Notes: generated by a model not told the origin, from the letters alone. A DNA stretch of 64,000 nucleotides from Sphaerochaetaceae bacterium (GCA_963606545.1 CAVCYP010000001.1:1613-65612); one strand, 5' to 3'; numbered from the stretch's first letter, positions 46,309 through 56,467 are shown. Translations and numbers: made by a program.

Positions 46309-48957
46309 ATGAAAGAAAACATCATTGAAAACCTTCCAAAGAACATTTTGATAATTCCAATGCGTGGTTGCCCAGTATTTCCAGGCATGTTTACCACAAT
46401 TGAAGTCACTGACAAACAAGATCTTGCAATAGTAAAACAAGCAGACCGCTTCAACGGCTTTGGCCTTCTACTTCTCAAAAATGAAGAGAAATCGAACAAA
46501 AGCCTCACCGCAGAAGACTTCTACCAAATTGGAACTTTTGTCAGAGTCAAAAACCAAATTAACACAATATATGGCACCAAAAGCCTTTTCATAGAAACAA
46601 TTAGTCGCTTCAAAGTCGTGGCAATGCTCTCCCACGGAGGACTTATCACAGCACAGGTAGAATACCTAGAAGAAGACAAATTGGCCCCAACAGAGGACAA
46701 AGCGTTTACATCGGCCTTGAGAGATGCACTGAACCTGCGCGCCGACCGTTCCATTCTCTTGGAGAATTTGCGCTTCAACGCCACGAATATCCCGGAGGCA
46801 ATTAGGCTTGCGGACTACTTAGCCAGCGCAATTGTGCCACGCGCAAACCAGCAGGAATTTCTGGAAACGCTATCTGGCCGCGAACGAATTCTCAAGGTAC
46901 TTAAAGTGCTAGAAGAAGAGCTAACTGTGCAGAAAATGCACGACGAAATCCAAGGTCTGGTAGCCAAAAAGATAGATCAACGCCAAAGAGAATACTTTTT
47001 GCGTGAAGAAATGCGCCTCATCCAACAGCAACTTGACAACCTCTCCTACCCCGATGATTTAGCAGATCTCACTGGAGAAGAGCTGGCTGACTCGCTCAAG
47101 CAAGCTATGAGCGGCGAGCCAGCCCAAAAGCAAAAACAAGCAAAACCAAAGCAGAAAGCAAGACTCATTGACAAGCTCAAAGCGCTGAATTTACAGGGAG
47201 AAGCGTACGAAACCGTGTTCAACGAATACGGAAAGCTACAAAACATGGAGCAAAACAATCCAGAATACTCCATCCTTCGCACCTATCTTGAAACCGTTGC
47301 AGATCTTCCATGGAATGATTTCACTCCAGATGATTTTTCACTTGAAAGAGCAAAAAAGATACTAGAAGAGGACCATTACGGGGTCAAAGATGTAAAAGAG
47401 AGAATTTTGGAATTCCTTGCAGTACGTAAACTTAAAAACGACACCAAGGGCTCCATCATATGTTTGGTAGGCCCTCCAGGAACAGGAAAAACCTCCATTG
47501 GAATCTCAATAGCAAAGGCGCTTAACAAGAAATATTATAGATTCTCCGTTGGTGGCATGCGCGATGAAGCCGAGATTAAAGGCCACAGACGAACCTACAT
47601 TGGTTCAATGCCTGGCCAGATAATCAAAGGCCTCAAAGTAACAAAGTCAAAGAACCCAGTCTTTGTCATAGATGAAATTGACAAAATGACAGTTTCCAAC
47701 CAAGGGGACCCAGCTGCCGCCCTTTTGGAAGTTCTTGACCCAGAACAAAATACCACCTTCAGAGACCACTATCTAGACATTCCATTTGATGTATCGAATG
47801 TTTTGTTCATAGTCACAGCAAACACAACAGACACCATCCCACGTCCACTGATGGACAGAATGGAATGCATTGAACTGAACGGCTATACCTCAGAAGAAAA
47901 GCTTCACATTGGAAAGAAATACCTAGTTCCAAAGAGCCGTGCAAAACACGGACTTAAAACCTCGGATATCAAATATACCGACAAAATTCTGCGCAAGATA
48001 GCAGAAGAATATGCCCGTGAAGCCGGGGTAAGAAACTTTGAGAAGGCTCTTGATAAGATTCATAGAAAAGTTGCCATGGAGATTGTTGAAAATGAGTATA
48101 AGATTTCAGATCTCAAAGCAAAAGGGGCCACAGATGAAGACATTGCCAACGACAAAGAACTGCTTCAACTGCCAATCCGTATCACAGATGAAAAACTCAT
48201 AAAGTACCTAGGTCAGCCAATCTTCCATGAAGATGAAGTCATAAAGGCAACCCGTCCAGGCATGTCCGTTGGCCTTGCTTGGACCTCAATGGGTGGTGAT
48301 GTACTTGCAATTGAGGCCCAGCACATCCCAGGCAAGGGCGAGCTAAAACTCACCGGCCAGCTAGGAGAGGTCATGCAAGAGTCTGCCAATATTGCCTTCT
48401 CTTACATAAAGAGTATAAGCGCAAGCCATGGCATTGACCTCTCTTGGTTTGAGAAAAACACCCTACACTTGCATGTTCCAGAGGGTGCAACCCCCAAAGA
48501 CGGACCATCTGCCGGAATCACAATGGCAACTGCCATTTATTCCCTCATAACAGAGCAAACAATGGCCCAAAACATGGCTATGACCGGAGAATTATCGTTG
48601 TTAGGCAAGGTAATGCCTATTGGTGGCCTTAAAGAGAAGGTACTTGCTGCCAGAAGAAATTTGGTCAAAACCATACTAATTCCAAAGTTTAACAAACGAG
48701 ACTTAGACAAGCTTGATGACAACGTCAAAGAAGGTATCACCTTCCATCTAGTGGGCGATATGGAAGAAGTTTTGAAGTATGCCTTCCCTAATGACAAATT
48801 CCCCTACAGAAACGTGAAAGCTGAAAAACAGCAAGAGCAGCCAAGTCCAGAAGAACGCATTGCAGCTGCCGTTGCAAAAGCAATAGCAAGCGTACAGGCT
48901 AATTGCGCCTTACCAACAGCAAGCGGGGCACAGGACAAAACCAAAGGAGAGCACTAA
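46309..48957 (+). CDS. lon: ATP-dependent Lon protease (LonA)
   Basis: 882 aa. LON N-domain, Walker [10 protein letters not shown], and the protease Ser in [12 protein letters not shown]. Confidence 0.95.
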   Translation: MKENIIENLPKNILIIPMRGCPVFPGMFTTIEVTDKQDLAIVKQADRFNGFGLLLLKNEEKSNKSLTAEDFYQIGTFVRVKNQINTIYGTKSLFIETISRFKVVAMLSHGGLITAQVEYLEEDKLAPTEDKAFTSALRDALNLRADRSILLENLRFNATNIPEAIRLADYLASAIVPRANQQEFLETLSGRERILKVLKVLEEELTVQKMHDEIQGLVAKKIDQRQREYFLREEMRLIQQQLDNLSYPDDLADLTGEELADSLKQAMSGEPAQKQKQAKPKQKARLIDKLKALNLQGEAYETVFNEYGKLQNMEQNNPEYSILRTYLETVADLPWNDFTPDDFSLERAKKILEEDHYGVKDVKERILEFLAVRKLKNDTKGSIICLVGPPGTGKTSIGISIAKALNKKYYRFSVGGMRDEAEIKGHRRTYIGSMPGQIIKGLKVTKSKNPVFVIDEIDKMTVSNQGDPAAALLEVLDPEQNTTFRDHYLDIPFDVSNVLFIVTANTTDTIPRPLMDRMECIELNGYTSEEKLHIGKKYLVPKSRAKHGLKTSDIKYTDKILRKIAEEYAREAGVRNFEKALDKIHRKVAMEIVENEYKISDLKAKGATDEDIANDKELLQLPIRITDEKLIKYLGQPIFHEDEVIKATRPGMSVGLAWTSMGGDVLAIEAQHIPGKGELKLTGQLGEVMQESANIAFSYIKSISASHGIDLSWFEKNTLHLHVPEGATPKDGPSAGITMATAIYSLITEQTMAQNMAMTGELSLLGKVMPIGGLKEKVLAARRNLVKTILIPKFNKRDLDKLDDNVKEGITFHLVGDMEEVLKYAFPNDKFPYRNVKAEKQQEQPSPEERIAAAVAKAIASVQANCALPTASGAQDKTKGEH

Positions 48958-50195
48958 TGCAACAAATGCAGTACAACACTGGGAAAATGGAACTTCTCTC
49001 CCCAGCCGGTAGCATGGAAAAACTTGAGGCAGCCTTCACCTATGGCGCAGACGCCGCCTACATGGGGCTGACAAGCTTCTCGCTCAGAGCCAATGCTAAA
49101 AACTTTGATTTTGACCAAGCACAGGCAATAAGAGATCTCAAGGCTAAAACAGGCAAAAAGCTCTACTGCACCGTCAACATCTACTTTCATGAAGCAGACA
49201 TTCAAAAACTCAAAGCCCAGCTAGAGCAAATCAAAGGCTATCCCTTTGATGCCTTCATCATCTCTGACCTTGGAATACTTGAAATCATGCAAAACGCCTT
49301 TCCAAACGCAGAAATGCATCTTTCCACCCAAGCCAACTGCATCAATGCCAATTCTGCCAAACTGTATCACAAAATGGGCTTTGACCGCATAATATTGGGC
49401 CGAGAAACCCCACTTTCCGACATAAAAAAAATCAGAGACGCAAACCCAACCTTAGGCATTGAGACCTTCATCCATGGCGCCATGTGCATGGCCTACTCTG
49501 GCCGTTGCTTCCTCTCTTCCCACCTAACCGGAAGAAGCGCCAACCAAGGTGACTGTTCCCACACCTGCCGTTGGAATTATAGACTTGCTCTAGAAGAAGA
49601 ATCCCGTCCAGGTAGCTACTTTCCAATTGAAGGAGATGAAACCTACACCACAATTTTGTCCTCCAAAGATCTATGCATGATTGATCACCTAAAGGACCTC
49701 CAAGAAGCCGGTGTAGACAGTCTCAAAATTGAAGGCCGCATGAAGAGCACCTACTATGTTGCCACCATAACGAGGGCCTATAGAAAGGCTTTGGACCATC
49801 TTTTTGACGAAAATGTGGATTATAGGCCATTTAGAGAAGAATTGATGAACGTCAGCCATCGCGAATTTTCCACCGGATTTTTCTACGGAAACGGCCCAAT
49901 TGAAGATATCAACAAGCCCACAATGCAAGGCTATCTACGCGACTACCTCTTCCTTGGAACCATCAAAGAAGAAGTCAAACCGGGCATCTACGCCGTTGAC
50001 ATCAAAAACCAAATCCGCTCCGGCGCTCCAATTGAGTACATTGGCCCAGACGTCCTCTCGCTCGCAGACACCCCAACGGTCCTAGACGAAAACTTCAACC
50101 CAATTGAACACATTGACCACTGCCGCGAAGGCTACCTTCAAACCCAGCTACACCTAGAACCCGGCTACATGATTCGACGTGAGGTCAAAGCATGA
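48957..50195 (+). CDS. Peptidase U32 family protein (collagenase-like; family now linked to RNA hydroxylation)
   Basis: The preferred ATG at 48957 overlaps the lon TAA (TAATG). MELLSPAGS..., U32-like core and a Cys-rich segment (CSHTCRWNY). Confidence 0.85.
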   Translation: MQQMQYNTGKMELLSPAGSMEKLEAAFTYGADAAYMGLTSFSLRANAKNFDFDQAQAIRDLKAKTGKKLYCTVNIYFHEADIQKLKAQLEQIKGYPFDAFIISDLGILEIMQNAFPNAEMHLSTQANCINANSAKLYHKMGFDRIILGRETPLSDIKKIRDANPTLGIETFIHGAMCMAYSGRCFLSSHLTGRSANQGDCSHTCRWNYRLALEEESRPGSYFPIEGDETYTTILSSKDLCMIDHLKDLQEAGVDSLKIEGRMKSTYYVATITRAYRKALDHLFDENVDYRPFREELMNVSHREFSTGFFYGNGPIEDINKPTMQGYLRDYLFLGTIKEEVKPGIYAVDIKNQIRSGAPIEYIGPDVLSLADTPTVLDENFNPIEHIDHCREGYLQTQLHLEPGYMIRREVKA

Positions 50196-50971
50196 AACGC
50201 CTTTTCCTAGCGCTTTTAATCCTCCTCTGCGTCATTCCCCTCTTTGCCTCCACCTATACCGATTCTTTCTCCTTTCTGGCTAAATATCCCAAGTACGTAG
50301 ATCTTTATGATGCCATAAATAACTGTGCTTCAACCTCAGAAGTAGATGCAAAGTATGAAGATCTCAAGGCCTCTCTTGGAACCAGTTCCAAAGACTGGTC
50401 TGTGCTTTTAAAAGCCTCGCTCAACTATGCACACTATCTGTTGGAAATTGCAGAAAAGAAGAATACCAAGAAAGCAAAGCAACTTGTGGCAGAGGCTGAG
50501 ACAATCTATGAAGCTTTAGAAAAATCGGTTTCCAGCGGAAAAATAAGCATGCCAGAGAGCAATCTCAAGGCAATGAAGTTTACGTGCCTGACAATTGGGT
50601 ACCTAGCAAGTCCGCTTAGCGTTTCCAAGGGGCTTGAGTCCATAAAGGTGATAGATGGAGCGTTTGAGCAGTATCCAACTGAAATTACCATTGCAACTTT
50701 GTATGCAGCTCGCAAGCTAAACGCACCCGCCATTGGTGGTGGAGATGCCGCTGAGGCCTTTAAAGTTTTCAATTCACTACTAGAATTCGTTGACTCCCCG
50801 GCTGGAGGTAACACGCTCCCCTGGGACAGGTTCGATATCTACTGCGGTTTAGCCAGGTACTATGCAGATAAAAAAGACACCAGTAAAGCCTTAGAATTAT
50901 ATAACAAGGCTCTTTCCATCTATCCAAAGAACAAAACTGTAATCAATTCAATCGATAAACTTGAAAAATAA
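50192..50971 (+). CDS. Secreted TPR-like hypothetical protein
   Basis: 259 aa. Signal peptide MKRLFLALLILLCVIPLFA. C-terminal TPR-like ALELYNKALSIYPKN. ATGA overlap with the U32 gene. Confidence 0.6.
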   Translation: MKRLFLALLILLCVIPLFASTYTDSFSFLAKYPKYVDLYDAINNCASTSEVDAKYEDLKASLGTSSKDWSVLLKASLNYAHYLLEIAEKKNTKKAKQLVAEAETIYEALEKSVSSGKISMPESNLKAMKFTCLTIGYLASPLSVSKGLESIKVIDGAFEQYPTEITIATLYAARKLNAPAIGGGDAAEAFKVFNSLLEFVDSPAGGNTLPWDRFDIYCGLARYYADKKDTSKALELYNKALSIYPKNKTVINSIDKLEK

Positions 50972-50983
50972 CTAATTTTTTTG

Positions 50984-51011
50984 TTGCATGTACAATTCTT
51001 TATGTTACAAT
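50984..51011 (+). promoter_or_regulatory. Sigma70-type promoter candidate with an extended -10 for the small basic-protein gene
   Basis: -35 TTGCAT (50984-50989), 16-nt spacer, TGtTACAAT (51003-51011). The RBS AAGGAG lies at 51031-51036. Confidence 0.45.
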
Positions 51012-51039
51012 CTAGAGTGTAACCCACATAAAGGAGACA

Positions 51040-51219
51040 ATGATGACAGTACATGAACAACTAGTACAATTGTTTGACACATATGTCACAGAGAACCAGA
51101 AGTTCACAGAAAAAGGCGTTAAAGTTTCTGGTTCAAGAGCAAGAAAAGCATTAGCTGAAATTGCAAAACTCTGTAAAGAAAGAAGAAAAGAAATACAAGA
51201 TATAAAGAACGAAGAATAA
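51040..51219 (+). CDS. Small basic protein, bacterial histone-H1-like family candidate (absent from the ORF track, which lists nothing under 60 aa)
   Basis: 59 codons: MMTVHEQLVQLFDTYVTENQKFTEKGVKVSGSRARKALAEIAKLCKERRKEIQDIKNEE*. It has an AAGGAG RBS, a promoter candidate upstream and a strong terminator downstream. The motif G-x-RARKA-x-x-E-x-x-KL-x-K-x-x-RK resembles the ~60-aa 'histone H1' proteins of Bacteroidota (from memory). Confidence 0.6.
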   Translation: MMTVHEQLVQLFDTYVTENQKFTEKGVKVSGSRARKALAEIAKLCKERRKEIQDIKNEE

Positions 51220-51279
51220 AGAACATCTCATTTCCTATGCTAAAGAGATATTGGACGTCCTAAAAAGACTATTTCGACT

Positions 51280-51315
51280 GGCTGTAAGTTTCCCATCACT
51301 TACAGCCTTTTTTTT
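51280..51315 (+). terminator. Rho-independent terminator
   Basis: Perfect 9-bp stem ggctgtaag / cttacagcc, 10-nt loop, then T8 (51308-51315). Confidence 0.75.
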
Positions 51316-51430
51316 GTCCTTTTAATTCAGTGGTTTTCCTTGAAAAAACAATTTTTGTCTGAAATTCAAGGAAAAGTTACCCGTTAATTAAGGATTCCTT
51401 TGAAATTTGTCCCTTGAATAGCCTACTCTA

Positions 51431-51506
51431 TTTTGACATAAAAATAACACTTGTCAAAATAAGAGAAATGAGGTATATTTTATTGACACTTTTTAAAAAG
51501 TGTCAA
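51431..51506. promoter_or_regulatory. Promoter with two palindromic operator-like sites upstream of the acyl-CoA ligase gene
   Basis: Inverted repeat ttttgaca-N13-tgtcaaaa (51431-51459). -35 TTGTCA (51451-51456), 17-nt spacer, -10 TATATT (51474-51479). Perfect 24-bp palindrome ttgacactttttaaaaagtgtcaa (51483-51506), 14 nt before the ATG. Confidence 0.45.
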
Positions 51507-51520
51507 AATAAGGAGCTGAA

Positions 51521-53179
51521 ATGATTTCATTGGAAGGACAATATACAATAAAAAACATGATAGACGAGTGTGCTGCAAAGTACAAAGATAACCTTGCCCT
51601 CACCACCTACAAAAAACCGGAAACGGCTCTCACCTTCAGGGAATTACAGAAAATATCAAAAAGCGTAGCTGCTTTTCTGGTTGGCAATGGAATTAAAAAA
51701 GGCACCAACATTGCAATCCTTTCAGAAAGTTGTCCAAACTGGGGCTTAAGCTACTTTGCCATCAATAGAGCTGGAGCCGTTGCAGTGCCAATTCTTCCAA
51801 ACTTCAGCAAGGAAGAAGTGCAAAAGATTCTAGCCCACAGCGAAGCTAAATTTGTTTTTGTAAACAAAGCCAACTCAAAGAAAGTTGAAGGTTATAACAT
51901 TAAAGTCATCCGAATTGAAGACATGTCTTTTATCGCACCAAAAGAGATGAAAAACATAAATAGCCAGGGATTTGAGAACCTTAAAGGCCTGAGCCTTCAA
52001 AATGAGATTATCACCCCGGAGGATGAAAGAAAACTTGCCCAACAATGTCCTAAAGAGGACGATATAGCCTCAATTATTTACACAAGTGGCACAACCGGGA
52101 CACCAAAAGGCGTAATGCTCACCAACAAGAACCTAGTCTGGAATGCAAAAGTTTGCTCCACTCCCTTCATAAAAATTCACGCAGGCTGGACAGCCTTATC
52201 CATACTCCCATTAAGCCACGTTTACGAATTTACCATTGGACTATTACTAATTCTTATGAACGGTTGTAACGTTACTTACCTTGGCAAAGCCCCATCCGTT
52301 GGGAGTCTTATGCCAGCACTGAAAGACGTGAAACCACAAATAATGCTCACAGTTCCAATGCTAATTGAAAAAGTTTACAGAAGAGCAATTGAGCCAAAAT
52401 TCAAAGAAGGCACAAAGCTCAACAAACTTATGCAACACAAGCTACTTCAAACGCCAATTTATCACCTCATTGGCAAAAAGCTAATTAAAACCTTTGGCGG
52501 AAGAATGAAATTCTTTGGCGTTGGAGGCTCAAAACTAGACCCACAGGTTGAAGCCTTCCTTGCAAAAGTCAACTTCCCCTACGCCCTAGGTTACGGCCTC
52601 ACAGAAACCAGCCCCTTCATAGCCGGCTGTGGCCCCAAAGACCACGTAGTAGGTACGCTGGGCAAAGTACTGGACGGCCTTGACGTCAGAACCGCCCCAG
52701 AAGACGGCGAAATCCAAATCAAAGGCCCAACGGTAATGAAAGGCTACTACAAAATGCCCCAGCTCACTTCTGAAAGCTTCACAGAAGACGGCTATTTCCG
52801 CACCGGAGACCTTGGCGCCTTTGAAAACGGTCGCCTAGCCATCAAAGGCCGCAGCAAAAGCCTGATTCTTGGCGCAAACGGCGAAAACATCTATCCCGAC
52901 ACCATTGAAAACCTCATCAACGCCCAAGAATACGTAATTGAAAGCCTAGTCATTCCAGAAGACAGAAGCCTCACCGCCATGGTCCGCCTAGACCTCCAAG
53001 CCCTTCAAAGAGCCCTTGGCAGCATCAACGTCCAAGACTTCCTAGAACAGCTAAAACAAAACGTCAACCCAAAGCTCTCCACCTTCAGCCGCATCTCCAA
53101 CATCCGCCTGCAAGAAGAGCCCTTTGAGCGCACCCCAACGGAAAAAATAAAGCGCTACCTCTACACCAAAGCCATATAA
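51521..53179 (+). CDS. Long-chain-fatty-acid--CoA ligase / AMP-dependent synthetase (FadD-like)
   Basis: 552 aa. AMP-binding signature YTSGTTGTPKGV, GYGLTETS, TGDLG. Confidence 0.85.
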   Translation: MISLEGQYTIKNMIDECAAKYKDNLALTTYKKPETALTFRELQKISKSVAAFLVGNGIKKGTNIAILSESCPNWGLSYFAINRAGAVAVPILPNFSKEEVQKILAHSEAKFVFVNKANSKKVEGYNIKVIRIEDMSFIAPKEMKNINSQGFENLKGLSLQNEIITPEDERKLAQQCPKEDDIASIIYTSGTTGTPKGVMLTNKNLVWNAKVCSTPFIKIHAGWTALSILPLSHVYEFTIGLLLILMNGCNVTYLGKAPSVGSLMPALKDVKPQIMLTVPMLIEKVYRRAIEPKFKEGTKLNKLMQHKLLQTPIYHLIGKKLIKTFGGRMKFFGVGGSKLDPQVEAFLAKVNFPYALGYGLTETSPFIAGCGPKDHVVGTLGKVLDGLDVRTAPEDGEIQIKGPTVMKGYYKMPQLTSESFTEDGYFRTGDLGAFENGRLAIKGRSKSLILGANGENIYPDTIENLINAQEYVIESLVIPEDRSLTAMVRLDLQALQRALGSINVQDFLEQLKQNVNPKLSTFSRISNIRLQEEPFERTPTEKIKRYLYTKAI

Positions 53180-53194
53180 GGCAACAAGATAGCT

Positions 53195-53905
53195 CTACCT
53201 TATCTCCACTACCCCGATATTTTCTCTAAGCTTGTCAGCAAAAACTTCCAGCTCCTCATCAGAGAAAGAAGTTGCACCTTGATAGCTCTTATCCAAGGTG
53301 ACATTATTCTTAAAATGCTGAAGATAATATTTCTTAGAACCCTTTAAAGATAAGCCGATATTAGCAAAATCTTCAGCTTCAACAATAGGCCTGACACAGG
53401 TGGTTCTAAACTCATAGTCTGGAGCCTTTTGCATAACAAGCTTCACACTCTTTTTAACAAGCTCAACCTTGTCAAAGCCCACCAGCGGGTACTTATCCCA
53501 AGAGGTTTTGATGTCCATTGCCACATAATCTACCAACTTAGAATCAAGTAAATCCTCTAAAACAGAAGGAAAACTACCATTGGTATCCAGTTTGACTTTT
53601 AAGCCTAATTTTTTTATTTCTTGCAAGAACGCCTTAAGACCTTGTTGCATACAGGGCTCTCCACCCGATACCACAACAGCATCCAGCAGTCCATTACGTT
53701 GCTTCAGGTATGAAATAATTTCATTAGCCGTATAAAATTCGGCATTAATAGGCGTTGAATCCGCATTTAGAGCAGAAACAAAGTTTGGATTATGACAATA
53801 GGGGCAGCAAAAATTGCAGCCCCTAGTGAATATTGTACATGCCAACAAGGTTGGGTAATTTACAGAGTCAACTCTAATAAATCCACCAATGTCAAAATTG
53901 TTCAT
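53195..53905 (-). CDS. nrdG: Anaerobic ribonucleoside-triphosphate reductase activating protein (radical SAM)
   Basis: 236 aa. CNFCCPYCHN cluster motif. ATGA overlap with the nrdD stop. Confidence 0.9.
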   Translation of the reverse strand: MNNFDIGGFIRVDSVNYPTLLACTIFTRGCNFCCPYCHNPNFVSALNADSTPINAEFYTANEIISYLKQRNGLLDAVVVSGGEPCMQQGLKAFLQEIKKLGLKVKLDTNGSFPSVLEDLLDSKLVDYVAMDIKTSWDKYPLVGFDKVELVKKSVKLVMQKAPDYEFRTTCVRPIVEAEDFANIGLSLKGSKKYYLQHFKNNVTLDKSYQGATSFSDEELEVFADKLRENIGVVEIR

Positions 53906-56298
53906 TGTTGGTTAGCCCAAGCAACAATGGCACCAGCGCCGTTTAGCACCTGGCTCTTGTCACCACCAACAAACATTGTTGGAACACTCATAACGCCGTA
54001 CTCTTCAGCAAGAGCGCTGTTGTCCTGAGCATCTACTACGGTGTAGGCAATGCCTTTTCTATCAAGAGCGGCTTTAGCTGTTGGACAGTTTGGGCATCTC
54101 TTTGTAGTGAAAAGAATATTTGCACCAGCAGGAGCGCAAGAGGTATCGGGCTTAGAAGAGGAGGTGGCCGCCTCGTGCTCTTCAATTGCCTGTGAAGCAT
54201 CGTGGTAGCAAGTGCCGCTTATTGCGCCGTCAAAGCTATAGGTCTGGCGGTCTTTGAATTCTTGCGTTTTGCCTATATTCCAGTTCTGGACTGGGCGGTA
54301 ATAGCCGGTAATGCGGGAATAGACTTCAGTTTTGGCTCCGCATTTTGGGCAAGTGTAGTGCTCGCCGGTGATGTAGCCGTGTTCTCTACAAATGGAGTAA
54401 GTTGGGCTAATGGTAAAGTAAGGAAGCTTGTAGTTGGAAGCAATCTTCTTTACCAATGACGCTACGGCCTGCCAGTCAGTTGGCTGTTCGCCAAGGAATA
54501 CGTGGAAGACGGTACCGCTAGTGTACTTGGTCTGAAGATCATCCTGAATATCCATAGCGCGGAAAAGGTCGTCGGTGTAGCCAACTGGGAGATTGGAGGA
54601 GTTGGTGTAGTAAGGAGACTGCTCTGTGCCGGCGGTGATGATGTCTGGATAGCGCTTTTTGTCGTGCATAGCCAAGCGATAAGATGTGCTTTCAGCTGGG
54701 GTAGCCTCTAGGTTATAGAGATCGCCGTACATCTCCTGGTAATCTGACAGGCGTTCACGCATGTGGTCCAAGACGTCCGCTGTGAACTTCTGGGCACGCA
54801 CGTCCGTCAAGTCGCAACGTAGCCAGCGAGCGTTAAGGCAGGTCTCGTTCATTCCAACTAGTCCAATGGTGCTAAAGTGGTTGTCAAAAGAACCAAGATA
54901 GCGCTTTGTGTACGGATAAAGTCCGTTTTCAAGGAACTTAGAGATAGCTGTTCTCTTAATCTTCAGAGAGCGAGCTGCAATGTCCATGAGTTTGTCTAGG
55001 CGTGCATAGAAATCTTTTTCATCAGTTGCAAGATAACCAAGACGTGGCATGTTGAGCGTTACAACACCAACAGAACCTGTGGACTCGCCGCTTCCAAAGA
55101 AACCACCGCTTTTCTTTCTCAGCTCTCTGAGATCTAGGCGAAGGCGACAGCACATACTGCGGACATCGCTTGGCTGCATCTCAGTATTTCCAATGTAGTT
55201 AGAGAAATACGGGGTACCATAGCGCATTGTCATGGAGAACAAAAGCTTATTATTTTCAGTTGCGCTCCAGTCAAAATCCTTTGTAAGTGAATAGGTAGGA
55301 ATAGGATACTGGAACCCTCGGCCGTTAGCATCTCCCTGAATCATAATCTCAAGGAAAGCCTTGTTGACAAGGTCCATCTCAGGCTGGCAGTCGCCATAGG
55401 TAAAGTCCATTTCTTTTCCACCAACAATGGCTGGGAGATCCTTCAAATCTGGTGGAACGGTCCAGTCCAAAGTAATATTTGAGAACGGAGCCTGTGTGCC
55501 CCATCTGGAAGGGGTGTTAACACCAAAGATGAAACTTTCAATGCACTGTTTGACTTCTCTGAAGCTAAGATGCTCGGCCTTAACAAAGGCAGAAAGATAG
55601 GTATCAAAAGAGCTAAAAGCCTGAGCTCCAGCCCATTCATTCTGCATGATACCAATGAAGTTAACCATTTGGTTACAAAGAGTTGAAAGATGTTTTGCAG
55701 GAGAAGATGAAATCTTACCATCAACACCACCAAGACCTTCTTTAATCAACTGCTTAAGGCTCCAACCTGCACAGTAACCTGCAAGCATGGAAAGGTCATG
55801 CAAATGCATGTCAGAATTTCTGTGAGCCTCGCCAATTTCTTTGTCATAAACCTGTGAAAGCCAGTAGTTAGCTGTGATTGCGCCACTGTTAGATAGAATA
55901 AGACCACCAATGCTGTAGTTAACTGTGCTGTTCTCTTTGACCCGCCAGTCATCGGCCTTGAGGTAGCCGTCTACAGTCTTCTTGTAGTCAATCATATTCT
56001 GCTCTACATTTCTGACGTTCTCGTGCTGCTTTCTGTAGAGGATGTAGGCCTTGGCAACATCGCCATAGCCACACAGGGAAAGTGTAATTTCTACACTGTC
56101 CTGGATAGCCTCAACTTCAATTTCACCGTTCTGAACTTTGGAACCAAAATCAGCTACGGCTCTGAGGGCAATAAGGCCCACAATTTGTCTATTTGTTTCT
56201 CTTCCGGTGGCTTCAAAAGCCCTCAGAATGGCATTCTCAATTCTAGAGATATCAAAATCAACTTTGCTACCGTCTCTCTTTACAACAGTTGTTATCAT
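53902..56298 (-). CDS. nrdD: Anaerobic (class III) ribonucleoside-triphosphate reductase with an N-terminal ATP-cone and a C-terminal glutaredoxin/thioredoxin-like extension
   Basis: 798 aa. ATP-cone VVKRDGSKVDFDISRI, Zn site CPKCG, glycyl-radical motif RITGYY. About 110 extra C-terminal residues follow, ending in a CPNC ... VPT ... GG redoxin-like fold. Confidence 0.95.
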   Translation of the reverse strand: MITTVVKRDGSKVDFDISRIENAILRAFEATGRETNRQIVGLIALRAVADFGSKVQNGEIEVEAIQDSVEITLSLCGYGDVAKAYILYRKQHENVRNVEQNMIDYKKTVDGYLKADDWRVKENSTVNYSIGGLILSNSGAITANYWLSQVYDKEIGEAHRNSDMHLHDLSMLAGYCAGWSLKQLIKEGLGGVDGKISSSPAKHLSTLCNQMVNFIGIMQNEWAGAQAFSSFDTYLSAFVKAEHLSFREVKQCIESFIFGVNTPSRWGTQAPFSNITLDWTVPPDLKDLPAIVGGKEMDFTYGDCQPEMDLVNKAFLEIMIQGDANGRGFQYPIPTYSLTKDFDWSATENNKLLFSMTMRYGTPYFSNYIGNTEMQPSDVRSMCCRLRLDLRELRKKSGGFFGSGESTGSVGVVTLNMPRLGYLATDEKDFYARLDKLMDIAARSLKIKRTAISKFLENGLYPYTKRYLGSFDNHFSTIGLVGMNETCLNARWLRCDLTDVRAQKFTADVLDHMRERLSDYQEMYGDLYNLEATPAESTSYRLAMHDKKRYPDIITAGTEQSPYYTNSSNLPVGYTDDLFRAMDIQDDLQTKYTSGTVFHVFLGEQPTDWQAVASLVKKIASNYKLPYFTISPTYSICREHGYITGEHYTCPKCGAKTEVYSRITGYYRPVQNWNIGKTQEFKDRQTYSFDGAISGTCYHDASQAIEEHEAATSSSKPDTSCAPAGANILFTTKRCPNCPTAKAALDRKGIAYTVVDAQDNSALAEEYGVMSVPTMFVGGDKSQVLNGAGAIVAWANQQ

Positions 56299-56419
56299 AA
56301 GCCCCCCTTTATGTTGTACGTTCCAACAACCCTGTCACTACCTTAGTAGAAAGCCAGGGTTGTAAGCCTTGGTATTATCTATATTTAGCTGTGTGGTTAT
56401 TTAAAAGTTATATAACTTT

Positions 56420-56467
56420 ACACAATATGTAGCGTACTTTGGACCGGCGCTACACAATAAGTAGTAC
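56420..56467 (-). promoter_or_regulatory. Two candidate NrdR boxes upstream of nrdD
   Basis: acacaatatgtagcgt (56420-56435) and acacaataagtagtac (56452-56467). Starts are 32 bp apart. They partly fit the NrdR-box palindrome acaCwAtATaTwGtgt and are adjacent to a TATAGT -10-like hexamer (56468-56473, minus strand). Confidence 0.4.
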
